From: Octopus vulgaris
Taxonomy: Eukaryota
Assembly (NCBI GenBank): GCA_951406725.2
Contig: OX597833.1
Span: 69,378,001-69,442,000 of the forward strand
Direction of reading: 5' to 3'
DNA length: 64,000 bases
Shown: positions 1 through 14,440 of the stretch, piece after piece
Numbering within the stretch: position 1 is the stretch's first letter
Layout of the letters: the number at the start of each line of letters is the position of its first letter
Translations under genes and position numbers: made by a program
Notes under the pieces: generated by a model
The model's database searches: none
The model's input: only the letters and a program-made list of their open reading frames with translations
Told to the model about the DNA's origin: nothing

Positions 1-519
1 AACCTACGCTGAAATCTCATCAAAGGTTGCAAAAACTCCGAAATTCTAATTAATTAATCTTTGAATTAAACATGCAGTGACGAAACGTTCGCTCAAGGAC
101 TAATATTAATGGAATCTAATCTCATCAAATATGATAATTTCCATTATTTTATTTGAAGCTCTCGCAAAAATGCATATTATAAAGGAAAGGAAACTTGAGA
201 AATGACCTGCTTCGTGACACGCAGGTCATATGTCAAATATGTTATCATACATACAGAATATTTCTTTCCACGCTGCGTTTACCTGTACCGTCGATGTTTC
301 AATATCCTGTGATGAGAGGCAGGTGTATTATGAAAGGGTTCGAATAATAAAAGCCTCGCATTTTATATCCTCTTCTCACACAAATACATGCTGCTATGAT
401 CTCGCCATACCTCTCTTCGAGTATACATAAAGAAATTACTCAAATATCCGAAGTAAGTAACATATATGTCCTTAAATCTCCTATTAGGGTGTCGTAATAA
501 TAGGATCCTTCTCGTGCAG

Positions 520-632
520 TTTCAGCGACAATGTTCTTCTCAAACGTACATATAACGTACCAGTTAGAGTAATCTTTTGCATTAAGACACTCATTTTCAC
601 TCCTTGTATAAATGGTAACCCAGGCATCATTC
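520..632 (-). mobile_element. Old, degraded 3' fragment of an RLE-type (R4/Dong-like) non-LTR retrotransposon
   Basis: Minus strand reads ~MMPGLPFIQGV...QKITLTGTLYVRLRRTLS, a diverged copy of the C-terminus at 880-1032. It abuts the (ATT)n array. Confidence 0.6.
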
Positions 633-634
633 AC

Positions 635-661
635 ATTATTATTATTATTATTGTAATTATC

Positions 662-733
<72 letters not shown>

Positions 734-760
734 GTTATTATTATTATTATTATTATTACT
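635..760. repeat. (ATT)n microsatellite
   Basis: Directly visible trinucleotide run. Confidence 0.97.
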
Positions 761-761
761 T

Positions 762-1032
762 TTTTTTTTCTTCTTTCAAATTTGCTTCCATTTCTTGCCG
801 AGTGTCTTCCCGACTCCTAGGGCAAAGAAACTCACAGTAGTTCGTTCATTTTTTTTTTTTTTTAAGTTAAATTAAAATACATGAGCAGCAACAGTTCTCA
901 CATCGACAATGCTCTTCTCAATACGTGTGATGTACCAGTTAAGACAATCTTTTGCACTTCTTGCAGGGATGGTAAGCCAGGGATCATTCTCATATAATTT
1001 TCGGTTCCCTTCTTGATCATTCCTAGTGCTCC
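762..1032 (-). mobile_element. 5'-truncated RLE-type (R4/Dong-like) non-LTR retrotransposon: endonuclease C-terminus plus 3'UTR
   Basis: Minus strand translates GALGMIKKGTENYMRMIPGLPSLQEVQKIVLTGTSHVLRRALSM*, the typical 'GALG...QK..L.GT.HILRR.L' end of restriction-like endonuclease domains. A short 3'UTR follows, with (AAT)n on the element's sense strand on both sides. Confidence 0.85.

Positions 1033-1098
<66 letters not shown>
1033..1098. repeat. (ATT)n microsatellite
   Basis: Directly visible. Confidence 0.97.
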
Positions 1099-1099
<1 letters not shown>

Positions 1100-1303
1100 A
1101 TTTCTGTTTCCCTCTTCATATTTACTTTCTACAACCATAACCATGTCTCATTACTAGTAGTTGCCTTTGATCCTTTTGCCGATGAAATAAATACCAGATG
1201 AGCTACGGGAGCGATTTAATCAGCCATCCCCCGAAACTTCTACCTGTGGGGCAAAATTTGAAACCTACATTATTGCTAAAGCTTATATTAAGCGCATCAT
1301 TAA

Positions 1304-1520
1304 GGCGGCAAATTGGCGACGTTGTTAGCACACTGGATTAAACGGTTAGCGGTTTTTTCGTCCGTCATTACGTTCTGAGTTCAAATCCCGCAGAGGTCGA
1401 CTTTGCCATTCATGTCTTCCGGGGCGAATAATATAACTACCAGTAGAACATTGGGGTCACCGTAATCGATTTACCCCGCCCCAGAAATTGCTAGCATTCT
1501 GCCAAAATTTGAAACCAATA
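1304..1520 (+). mobile_element. tRNA-derived SINE, family A (diverged, short tail)
   Basis: Head GGCGGCAAATTGGC..GTTAGCAC, B box GAGTTCAAATCCC, central GAGGTCGACTTTGCC, tail ...GCCAAAATTTGAAACC. Confidence 0.85.
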
Positions 1521-2320
1521 TTAAGCGCAGCATTGCTAATATTTCTAAGATACTCACAGCTGTCGATTTTATCCTCTCTCATTGCCATTTTATCACTGAA
1601 CCATATTGTTTTCTAATGCCCTTTAGTATCATTCCAGTTACTGTCTTTATTATCATTTTCTTCGTCCCTCCTTATAAAAGCAACAGCTTTTATCCAGTAC
1701 AACCCTAGCAGTGCCGGATGCGGTGCCGTTCCATGCTTGTAAAACAACAAATAAATATTTTCGCCCCGTGCAATTTTTGTGTCATATTTATTTTTATCAA
1801 GTGTGTTTGAGAGCGAGAACTCTAGTGAACCAATTCTGACTAATATTAAACTTATACTATATAAATATGTTCGTCTTCCTTGTCTTAATAGTTCCTTATT
1901 TACTCTGAACTTACCAAGAATAGCGGAATGAAAACCAATTGTGTTAGTATTCAGACACAAATCATCAACAATTTAAAATAGAAAATGATATATGTTTGGT
2001 GCTTGAGAAGAACAAATACATTAAAAAGGGAACCAGTGCAAATTACAAATATTTCTGATGTCTTGGTTGCGTTTATTATATTCTTAAATTGATTTTATTA
2101 TATGAAAAAGAAACTAAACTCAATTACCGTTCTTGGTCTTGAGCAAAGTCATTGAAAACATTGAAGAATACGTCTAAGATGTTCAGTCATTGAAATTCTT
2201 CAATGGCTGCTAAACATTACAGAATAATATCTTATTTTCTGAATGTTGATATCATGATGTTTACATTAGAATCGCTGTCCAAACGAAACTATTATGTCCT
2301 CCTACGCCATATGTATGTAA

Positions 2321-2324
<4 letters not shown>

Positions 2325-2408
<84 letters not shown>

Positions 2409-2434
2409 ACATACATACATATATATATACACAC

Positions 2435-2509
<75 letters not shown>

Positions 2510-2512
2510 CAC

Positions 2513-2545
<33 letters not shown>

Positions 2546-2560
2546 CATACATATATGCAT
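2325..2560. repeat. (TA)n / (TACA) compound microsatellite
   Basis: Directly visible; source of the YIYI ORFs. Confidence 0.95.
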
Positions 2561-3759
2561 GCATGCATACATATATTACATGTAATTATATATAAATATA
2601 TGTTTGTATATATGTGTATACTTATAAACACACACTCACATATATGCTTAGCACATACATAAATGCATGAATACATACATGCACACATGCATGCATACTT
2701 GCAATAAATACATTTATGAACAAATGTATATCAAGTCCACTTTAGTAATACTCCAACAAGTTTCTGTTTATTTTGTTTGCCACCGATTGTAGTCTCCACG
2801 TTTATATACTATTACGAAATACGATACCTTCTGATTTATCCATGCATACACTTTCCTAAAACATCCACATCTTCAATGAAACTTGCCTTTAGAATCTATT
2901 GAATTGTATTTATTACAATTTCCACCAAAATATTTTTACACCCCATTAATTGCTTTTCCGGCTCGTGATTAAGATTTGATATAAATATTAACATTAAATT
3001 TCGGTTTTGAATCTATAGAAGCTGTAGATATCAAATCAGAATTAATTCATGATGTATTAATAGGGAAACGTAATAACTATCATGTCATCCATTTATCTAT
3101 TCTTTTATCGTGTCTTCGCAAAATATTGCAGGCCACAATCCATACTTCATATGCGGTGCCTGCAATTTCAAAGTCGCATTTAGACATTTTCTTCACACGT
3201 CGTCTTCTGTATTCAATGATGCGCGTTCGTTTGATCATTTTGCCGATGAAATAAACACCAGATGAGCCACGGGAGCGATTTAATCAGCCATCCCCCGAAA
3301 CTTCCACCTGTGGGGAAAAATGTGAAACCTGTATTATTGCTAAATCTTATATTAAGCGCATCATTAAGGCAGCAAGTTGGCAAAGTTGTTAGCATGATAA
3401 AGTATGTAAAGTACTGATGTGATTAATTGATGCAGATAATTAGATAGACAATAGGTATCTGGTATGCTGATGGTCTTTCAGGTAATGTTAGTCATTAATG
3501 AACAGTTTCACAGAAAACGACTTCTTAATTGAACTGAATTAAAAACAGTGAAATATGGAAACAGATGCAAGTCATACAATAAGGAATTGGTATTTGATAT
3601 TCCTTCATAGCACTGCTATAAACAGCAGTGGTTAGCTCAATTATTAAAACAAAGTTCAAGGTAGATCTGTGCCAACTGTCTTCACTCTGCGTGCTTTAGC
3701 GTCGTAACTGTGGCAACAGCATGGATACCTATTATTCAGACCACGTATATTTTGTGCGG

Positions 3760-3920
3760 TAGAGTGCATTGGTAGATTGTTAGAACATCAATGAAAATAT
3801 CTAGTTACATCAATGAAAATATCTAGTTACTTACGTTTCTGAGTTCAATTTTCAATGAAGCAAATTCTGCCTGTCATGGTTCCTGTGTCGATAAAATAAG
3901 CTCGTGTCAGAAATTGATTT
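3760..3920 (+). mobile_element. Degenerate SINE family A with an internal 22-bp tandem duplication
   Basis: TTACGTTTCTGAGTTCAATT...GTCGATAAAATAAG. ACATCAATGAAAATATCTAGTT is repeated at 3785-3806 and 3807-3828. Confidence 0.6.
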
Positions 3921-3949
3921 CATGATTTGGTTCAACGCCAGCAAGTTCG

Positions 3950-4305
3950 CGATAGGCGATACTTAATTTATCGACCCCTAAAGGCGGAAACGCAAACTCG
4001 AATTCGTCGATATTTGAACACAAAACGTAAAGATGGCAGATATGTTGTAAAGCATTTTGCCCTACGTCTTAACAATTCTCGCCGCATTAAGCACCTGTCT
4101 ACTAAAGGCAAAAGCCTGAAATTTGAGTGGAAGTGACTAGTCGATTACATCGACCCTAGTACTCGGCTGGAACTTAATTTATCGACCCCGAAAAGAAGAA
4201 AGGTGAAGCCGACCTAGGCGGAATTTGAACTCAGAACATAGCGGCAGACGAAATACCGCTAAGAATTTCTTCCAGCATGCTGACGATTCTGCCATCACAC
4301 CGCTT
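3950..4305 (-). mobile_element. Two adjacent SINE family A copies (about 3950-4085 degenerate; about 4095-4305)
   Basis: Reverse complement of the family A body: TTAATTTATCGACCCCGAAA...GGCGGAATTTGAACTCAGAAC...GACGAAATACCGCTAAG. Confidence 0.85.
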
Positions 4306-4995
4306 TAAGCACCGGTCATATATTGGCTTCGATTTAATCAAGTATACACTGTCAGGAAATATACGACACTTTGCCAATATAACTCTTGGGTAAGTGTGTT
4401 CACATAGTTGTATGGATAAAGCGCAGGACGGGACCAAATAATTTTGAGTATCATTGCTTTGTAAATGACGCTAAATAACGGCAACCTGAAACGAGAAAGA
4501 GAAATCTCTCTCAAATTGTGGAAACATGTACATTCCTTTAACTTTGTAAGCAATTAAGTGAACATGAGAATCATATACAACACATTTGTAGCATATCTTC
4601 TAATCAAACACACAGATTCTGCTTTGATAAAATCTGAATGATGTAATGCGGTTTGCCGTTGTCTTTAATATCACATTCGGGAAATTAAACTGGTACTTGT
4701 CAGACTCGGGGAATATTCGGTTATTGCTTTAAAACATATTGAGAATATTTTATTCTTTCTTTATTTTTTGTTCTTTGTTAGCAGCAATACGAATAAGCAC
4801 AGATTCTCCCAGGCACTGGATTGGGAAAATATTCAGATTCTTACCTGGAACAAATGCAAATGTCGGTGTAGCTGACAGAATATAGTTATTTAACTCGAAA
4901 AGAAAAATGCAAATGGTCTTCTGCATTCTTCAGAAGCCGAACCCTTGTGTTTCACAGACTACATTGTATATTGCTTAATAAATCATTTCAGAGAA

Positions 4996-5210
4996 GGCAG
5001 CGACATGGCCGAGTGGTTAGCACGCCGAACAAATTTCTTAGCTGTATTTCGTCAGTCTTTAAGTTTCCTAGTTCAAATTCCGCTGAGATCGACTTTGCCT
5101 TTTCTCCTCACGGTATCAATCAAATAAATACCAGTTGAGCACTGGGGTAGATGTTATCGACGCATCCCCTCCACTGAACTTGCGGGCCTCGTGTCCAAAT
5201 TTGAAACGAA
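4996..5210 (+). mobile_element. SINE family A (short tail)
   Basis: GGCAGCGACATGGCCGAGTGGTTAGCACGCCG (A box), AGTTCAAATTCCG (B box), GATCGACTTTGCCTTT, tail CCAAATTTGAAAC. Confidence 0.85.
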
Positions 5211-7771
5211 TTCTAGAGAATTATAAAGTCAATAAATTACGCTGTCTGCTATTAAAAACTTTGCCTATTATTCAACAAAGAATTTTATATTCTATCATTT
5301 CAACAAGCACTCAACGAAGTTAGGAAATGTTTCACGACAAAGAATCGTGAGTACAGAATGGCAAACATCTATCGGCTTGCCAAAATTATTATGCAACCTT
5401 ACTGAAGAATATTGTAAACGGTTACCGGTATTTGCTTTGCATTAACCGGTTTGTACATCATAAAAGATAATTTATTTATCTTGCGTTCCAACTATTTGCC
5501 AGACAATTATAATTTACATTCAATACATAGAATTGTATATATAATCACACGATGAAAGACTAAGTAAATAAACAAACAAACAAATAAAAACCCCTTCTTT
5601 TCATTCGTGAATAATGGCTTGAAATTAATGTTAAAATTGAATTACGAATTTTCTGAATGAAAAGTTTCATTAACAATCTAAGGTGTATAACATTAAGAGG
5701 ATTTACGCCATTTACAAAGGAAAATCAATATATAGACAAACCATTTATAAAATACTTACAAACATTGGTCTCGTCTCATTAAACAATTCCTATATATTAA
5801 GATCGGTGGAGAGAAAAGGAAACATGTGACTTTCCTGTATTTTAAAAGGGTATTAGCGTCGTCAATTAAAATACAATGCACTTCAGAGCGGATTACTCTA
5901 AACAAGCTTTGAACTCACATCATCAACAACTACGGTCGGTATTCGACAATATACTAGAATTCCCGTGTCATCAATAATGACAGCAAGACCTTGCATTTCT
6001 AACATTGTCATTCTCATTCCGTAGTCTTCTTTCAGAACGCATCCACTCGTTCTTTCTTAGATTTCTTATGAATTTTGCTTATATTTATGTTTTACTTCAG
6101 TCCTACGTCCTAAAACCTCAAATCCCCTTTCCATTTCTTCCTCACGTCCATTATCTATTCTTTGAACTGCGCTGTCACTCACTTCTTTTCTCTCGTTCGT
6201 TCTCAATTTCAATTTGTAACGTAGTTTTATGTCTAACTCTTATTTATTTAACTCATTTGTTCTATTCTTTTTGATCTTTGCCTCTCACTCTAAACTTATA
6301 ACCTAATTATAGTTCGGTATCTTAGCATCTCCTCTTTTAATCATTTGTTCTTCTTCCGCAGCATTATTCAAACTTTTTTCTCTATTTGTCTTTTCTTTCT
6401 CCTTCCTTTGTTGTCTCAGTTTCATTAAAGCTTTCCTGTCACCTTCGTAGCCTCATAGCTTGCGCTGCTGTTCTTGTCTCTGCATTGCCCGGTTGATATT
6501 CTGACGTGCTCCGCATTCTCTGGTATAAGTTGCTCTATCTTCACGCAGCCTTGCTACTCTTTCCACTGCGTACTTTTAAATCTTCGACATCGTTCCATTT
6601 TGGGGGAGATTCAAGAGATACGATATGATTTATTTATGATTTTTAGTGTCTTTAGAGGGAAAATCAAATCAAACTCAAGTATCACCAAGTTGTAGTAACA
6701 CAAGAACTTGCCCGCAAAAAAACGTAGAAATACAGCACCCGTTACGAAAATGATGTGCAATTCTCTTATGAATGTGGTGTTACAAAATGAAAAAGGAAAA
6801 ATAAGTCTTTCATTTTGTAGGTTTTTTTCAGGGATGTATATGCTACAATATAAATGATGATATCTATAATCCAAGCATGTGCCGTCAGTAATTACTCAGG
6901 ATAGGCAGGCGGTGACCTTTATGTAGTAAAACACGAAAAATAAGAGAAACACAGCCACGCGACTAAGTAGAAGGCAGATTTACTTCTGTCTTTGTAACAC
7001 TTCAAGAAAATAGTGTTATAGGAGTGTACACAACACGTGTACTACAGCAGTACTATGCGAAGCTTAAATACTGAGATTGAAAAGCAAGGAAGAATTATGC
7101 CTACCTAATCTACAAATAATAAAATATTTTGCATTTTATGCATACTAATCAGACTGACCTTCATAATGTTATTGAATTAGGTACACATTTTGCCATGAGA
7201 GGAAAATGTTGCTTTCGATCTATTTTATTGACGGTAGGTACTGCCTAATTTGCCTGCTATCAACATATAATTTGTTTCAGTTCAAATACGTTATAAATAC
7301 AGAGATTGTTCTGCTATAAACATGGAATTACATGCGTGAAGCGTAATAAATAAACCGTTTAAAGTTAAATACGGGATATTTCTCAGGAACATGAATATAA
7401 ACGACAATACTGGAATATAGTGTAGAGTAATTAATAGAGGAATAAGTGTACATAGAAAGAAATATAGCTTATAAAATTTTTTTCACTGGAATTCAATCTT
7501 CGATGGAAAAGTCGGATGATATGGTCCAAGATACTTTATCCGACAGTTTGGCGATTTGAAATGCCGCTGCATTTGTTAGCGGATAAATAATCTAGAGAAT
7601 ACTTTTTTAATTTTTGATTAATATCATATCCTAAAAATAATTTGGCTAGAAGCCAATATTTTAAATATTAATTGGTTTTCGATTATATTAAGTAAAGACA
7701 TTATTGTTCAGGAGATAGAAATAATAATTAAGAGCGGAATGCATACACAAAAAAAGTTACATTTCAAAGGC

Positions 7772-7842
7772 GTGTGTGTGTATGTGTGTGTGTGTCAGTG
7801 TGTTTGTGTGTGTGTGTGTTTGTGTGTGAGTGTGTGTGTGTG

Positions 7843-7883
<41 letters not shown>

Positions 7884-7888
7884 GTGTG
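7772..7888. repeat. (TG)n microsatellite
   Basis: Directly visible. Confidence 0.95.
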
Positions 7889-9709
7889 AATTAGGAGGGA
7901 TTCGTTTTGCAATTAGGATCCATGATATTTTTCTAGCAAATGCAAGACCGGAGACTAGAAGAGTCACATCAGATGAGGGGTATGTGTCCAATGGCTACAA
8001 CTGAATGGAATACATTTGTGCCATTATCGATCCAGGCGTCTCAGTTCAAACATAATACCGTGTTAGGCGTCTCTCCCTGCTGCCACACTGTGTTTTCCAT
8101 CACAACAGGCTATTTCCATTCACAAGATCTGAGGTAACCGAAATTTACGGAAGTGAGACATTGTAGGATCAACGAACCCACAACGCTGCTGTTAACGCCA
8201 ATGCAGATGAGACGATACAAAAAAGAATAAAATATACGACGGTGGATAATGTAAAAATGACAGAGAAGTCCCCAAAGACGAAATAAGAAATTTCTCTCAT
8301 ATGAAGAATATAACAGTGAAAGCGAAACAGTATTTAGCGTGGCATAATTCGGATCGTTTTAACGGTAACGAACTATCAAATATATTTAAGACCACGTGCC
8401 TTTCGCAGGTCACAACAACATTCATGTTTTGTGTCAAAGACATTTCCGAGTACCATTTCCACAAGGAAGCCGTTTGAAAGTATACATTTCGCAACAACAC
8501 CTTCTAAATTCCTGTCAACTATTTTATATGTGAGCGTGTGTGTGTGTGTGTGTTTCTATATTTCTTTTGAAAAAGAATCACAGTCGTTTGTTGATGATTA
8601 CTCACTTCGGCATAATTCGGTGTTCCTCGTCTTGTTTCCAATAAAATAGTCCTCACTGATGTTGTGTCTTATCCTATTGAACCACACATATCACAATATT
8701 GCGGACTCTGGAACTCACTTACCTGAAAATATTGGTATCCTATTCCCCCACAAATCCATAACGTTATCAAAAATTTATCTAGATTGTTATCTTAATGAAA
8801 CGATTAGAATTCTTGAAGTATACACCGTCTGTTTCAAGAAAACCAGTTGTAACTGACTGAAAGTTGGCGAAGCTTTTCACACACTCATCTTCCTACCTAT
8901 GCTTTACACCTGCACAGCCCCTGTGTATTTCCATATCGATATTAGTGGCGTCAAAGAATATTAATGAAGAATATACGTTATATCCATTTCGAAATATTAT
9001 TTATAGGAATTCCGATCTGAAAGACAGTTTAAACATGATATATGTTCATGTGCGTATGGTGAAAGTGTGAAGGCACATTAATGTTCGTTTTGATGAAGAT
9101 GTCGAGCGGTTTTGAAAGTGGTAGAATTAGCCGCTACTCTAATTAATTTGCGGTTTGTGAAATTACAGATAATATTTTGCTAGTCATGCTGTCACGCGTG
9201 CTGATATCGATTGTGGCGTTGTGGTTGTTGTTTAATAAAATACTTATGTTGTCGTTGCTAATGATGGCTTTCATAATATAGTTGTTTAAATCTTTTAAAA
9301 AGAAGAAGTAATCATCGATCATTGATAGTGACTCTTTTCGTGTTTTCAATTCTCCGAAGTATTTCATGGATAAAAAATATAGATTTGTCCGAAAAAAATT
9401 TGGGGGGGGATTTAACGTAACTGGAGGCTAATAATGTGTGCACTTTACAGGGGTGGTCATATTTTGCGTTACATAGTCGTTCAATATACACATTTAACGT
9501 ACATTCCATATATACATACATACAGACAGACAGACACACGAACAGACATACAAAGCCATAGAACATTCAAGCATGTGCGTGTATATGTATGCAGACATAA
9601 TTTTGCGTCTATTTATGCATATAAACAGACATATATTTATGCGTATATATATATGTGTGTATGAACATGTATGTATATATACATACATATGTAAGTCCGA
9701 GTATATACA

Positions 9710-9711
<2 letters not shown>

Positions 9712-9772
<61 letters not shown>

Positions 9773-9788
9773 TTTTATATATATATTT

Positions 9789-9865
<77 letters not shown>

Positions 9866-9886
9866 CATATATGTATGTGTATATAT
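9712..9886. repeat. (CT)n-(TA)n-(TATG)n compound microsatellite
   Basis: Directly visible. Confidence 0.95.
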
Positions 9887-10451
9887 AATAAGTGTAGAAA
9901 GAGTGGTATTGATAAGCAAGTATTATTTATCCACAGAATAATCTGATGCCTAGCCACGGGGCACAATGACCTCCCAGCAGAAACACTGATTTCTATATCG
10001 GATTTAGAGATTAAAAAAAAAAAAAAACTAAAAACGCCACAAACAATAAAGACATGACAATTTTTTTTTTAAACAAATATAATTATAAAATAATCGCAGG
10101 ATATTATCGTGATCTATTCCTGAAAACTGTAAATGAATAAAAAGTAGAGAATAAAATTTAAAATAAGAAAAAAATATTACGAAATATATGTGAGGAATAG
10201 ATGAGAAATTCAATACGATTCTGCTTCGGTAATCGTTTTTCTTTTTGTATCCTCCAGGAAAATGTATTGAACAAAGCACTTCACATTAAGCTGCCGCTAA
10301 AATCGGAGCAATGGATTGCTTTTCAATGGGAAAATCAATTTTCATATACAAAATTCATAGTTATAGTTTTATTCTTATTGTTATTTTCGTGATTATTCTG
10401 GTTTTAATTTATCCGAAGTGCTTTGCTTCTACATTCGCTGCTCGATATCTT

Positions 10452-10469
10452 ACACACACACACACACAT

Positions 10470-10553
<84 letters not shown>

Positions 10554-10584
10554 GCAAAGACACACGTACACACATACACACACA

Positions 10585-10617
<33 letters not shown>

Positions 10618-10752
10618 GTACACGCACACTCACACATACACACACACCCGTACACACACACAAACACACACACACCCACACACACGTACGCACACACACA
10701 CACACACACACACGTACACACACACACACATACACACACGCACACGTACACG

Positions 10753-10803
<51 letters not shown>

Positions 10804-10813
10804 ACACTCACAC

Positions 10814-10873
<60 letters not shown>
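10452..10873. repeat. Long imperfect (CA)n microsatellite
   Basis: About 420 bp of CA repeats; source of the THTH/VCVC ORFs. Confidence 0.97.
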
Positions 10874-10876
<3 letters not shown>

Positions 10877-11081
10877 CGCACTCAGATAAAAAGAAAAGAA
10901 AAACAGAGATAAATAAATGAAAGAAAAACAAAGTATTTTGTATTTCAGGTGCGGACAAGAAAACAAAACGAAACCACAACAGGAATGGGAACCGAAATAA
11001 AAAAAGCTTAATGATATTAATGAAAATGGTAAGGGGTGGAGTGATTATGACGATGTTGTTGTTCGTACTCTAGATGTCATC

Positions 11082-11272
11082 GATGATGATGATGATGATG
11101 ATGATATGATAATGATGATGATGGCGATTATGTTGATGATGATGATGATGATGGCGATGATGATGATGATCTTGATGATGATGATGATGATGAAGATGAT
11201 GATGATGGAGATGATGGAGATGATGATGATTATGATGATGATGATGATGATGATGACGATGATGATGATGGC

Positions 11273-11303
<31 letters not shown>

Positions 11304-11560
11304 CTGATGGAGATGATGGAGATGATGACGGAGATGATGGAGATGATGAAGATGGTGAGGTGGAGGAAGAGCGGAGGAGGAAGGGGAGTACAAGAAAGGA
11401 GGGAGGAGCAAGGGGGTGAAGGGGTAGAGGAGCAAGGGGGAAGAGGAATGGGAGGAGGAGGAAGGGGAGGATGTGGGAATGACGATTACGACGACGATGG
11501 TGATGATGGTGTTGATGAGAAGAAAGAAGAGAGGTGACGATGATGATGGTGATGATGATG
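11082..11560. repeat. (GAT)n array grading into GGA-rich low-complexity sequence
   Basis: Directly visible; the poly-M and poly-H ORFs are artefacts. Confidence 0.93.
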
Positions 11561-11784
11561 CTATTTGATAATGTACAGGATATACTTACATATAAGGAGG
11601 ATAATGAACAAATTTGGACAAAAAATGTCCTTGAATGGTAGAGTTAATTTTAAAATAAATAAGTCTTTCAGAAATACATTGGCAATGTATATATATATAT
11701 ATATATAAATGTAAGTATATATACATATATGTGTGTGTGTGTATGTTTGTATGTATTTATGTATGTATAGGTATATATCTACGC

Positions 11785-11845
<61 letters not shown>

Positions 11846-11898
11846 GATAAAATCTTACATTTCTATATCGCTGTCTACATACCAATCTCTCTCTGTAT

Positions 11899-11997
<99 letters not shown>

Positions 11998-12083
11998 CAA
12001 AAAGACATACGCTCATACATGGAAGCACATATAAACATACATGGTCATCACATATCTGTATATGTAGGTTTATACATATCTTC

Positions 12084-12127
<44 letters not shown>

Positions 12128-12622
12128 CGCCACTTATATGTATATTTTTGCCTATGTATCGGTGCTCAATTACATGAAATGTGATGAATTAGCTGGAATT
12201 AGTTGTCTATTCATTACATTTCCCCGTATATTTTTTTTACACCGTATATTATTTTTTTTCGCCAATGTCCTCAAAACTAGATTTTTCCATTCAGGAATTC
12301 AAGTCTTTTTTTTTTTTATCTTTTCCAGTACGAGAGAATTCTATATGTTATAGAAAAGAAGAAAAAAAAGTAATTAACAACAATAAAATTCAAAATTGTA
12401 AAATAATTAAGAAATATTTGTCTGTAGTTGATGTTTTTTTTTTCTTTTGTTTTTCATGGGTGGTGGTCGGGGACGGGATAGAATTGCTTTGTCGTTTCCG
12501 ACCCATTTTCAATCAATCTAATCATAAATTTTTTTATAAATTATTATGTTGAGCAAGTCGAGAATATCATGCATGTTATTTCTGCTTATCAATCAACTTA
12601 TGTGTCTGTCTATCCATCTAAC

Positions 12623-13100
<478 letters not shown>

Positions 13101-13308
13101 CACGCACACATATCTAGAGAGGAAGAGAGAAAGAGAGAGACATAGATATATATGACTGTGAGAGAGAGAGTTCTTAGGAATGTGTATGCAAAAATATCTG
13201 TGTCCGTATGCACGGTAAAATCTCGGTCCGAGCATGTGTATATATGTATGTATGCACATGTATACCTACGAAAACATTTATGAATCTACAAGTGTGCGCA
13301 TGCGTATA

Positions 13309-13351
<43 letters not shown>

Positions 13352-13354
<3 letters not shown>

Positions 13355-13409
13355 CGAATGGAGTTGAACGACGATTTAACAAAATTCCTTTATTCTCGAC
13401 ATATGTTTC

Positions 13410-13411
<2 letters not shown>
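13352..13411 (-). mobile_element. 60-bp Penelope-like pseudo-LTR stub with the 3' half of a hammerhead motif, inserted in (TA)n
   Basis: Reverse complement TCGAAACATATGTCGAGAATAAAGGAATTTTG... gives GAAAC-palindrome-GUC followed by AATAAA. TA runs flank both sides. Confidence 0.55.
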
Positions 13412-13464
<53 letters not shown>

Positions 13465-14020
13465 ATATGTTTAAATGTATATCTCTGTATAAGTTTGTAT
13501 TTTAGCGAATGGTATTGAAACCTTTTATTCCAGTGAACCTATGGAATAAGTATTCTTACATTATCTGCAATGCAATGCAAAATTCGACACCGGAAGCGTA
13601 TTTCTAGGTAACAAATCCGTTTACACGGATACGGTTTTTACAATATAATGATTCCGAACTTTTAAGCCAGTATATCCATTAATGTTTGCAACGTACTCTA
13701 TTGTTAATACAATCACTGCTATTTCGATGTTTTATTTATCACATATTAGTAAACCAAAATATCACCTGGAACATAATAGACGATTCTTTATAATGATGCA
13801 GTATGTAGTATTCATATTTACTACACGCAGAGAAAATATGGTGGTCCTTTATCCTAGTTGGTTCCATTACTGCTTCAGTTTTTTAACATTTGCTTTCTCT
13901 GAAGTCAATAGAGATTTTGTATTTTACGTAAACGTTTATAAGGTGAAAGAAGCATAATTTTTTTATCATTTTCGCTCACTTTCCTCTTTGTTTCAAACAG
14001 AATTATATATAAGTATGCAG

Positions 14021-14440
<420 letters not shown>

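Noticed and set aside
7937-8133. Possible exon (TTTTCTAG acceptor, GAG/GTAACC donor, open frame)
   Set aside because: The peptide resembles nothing I recognise and no partner exons were found; such signals occur by chance.
10311-11537. His/Thr-, Cys/Val- and Met-rich ORFs
   Set aside because: Artefacts of (CA)n and (GAT)n microsatellites.
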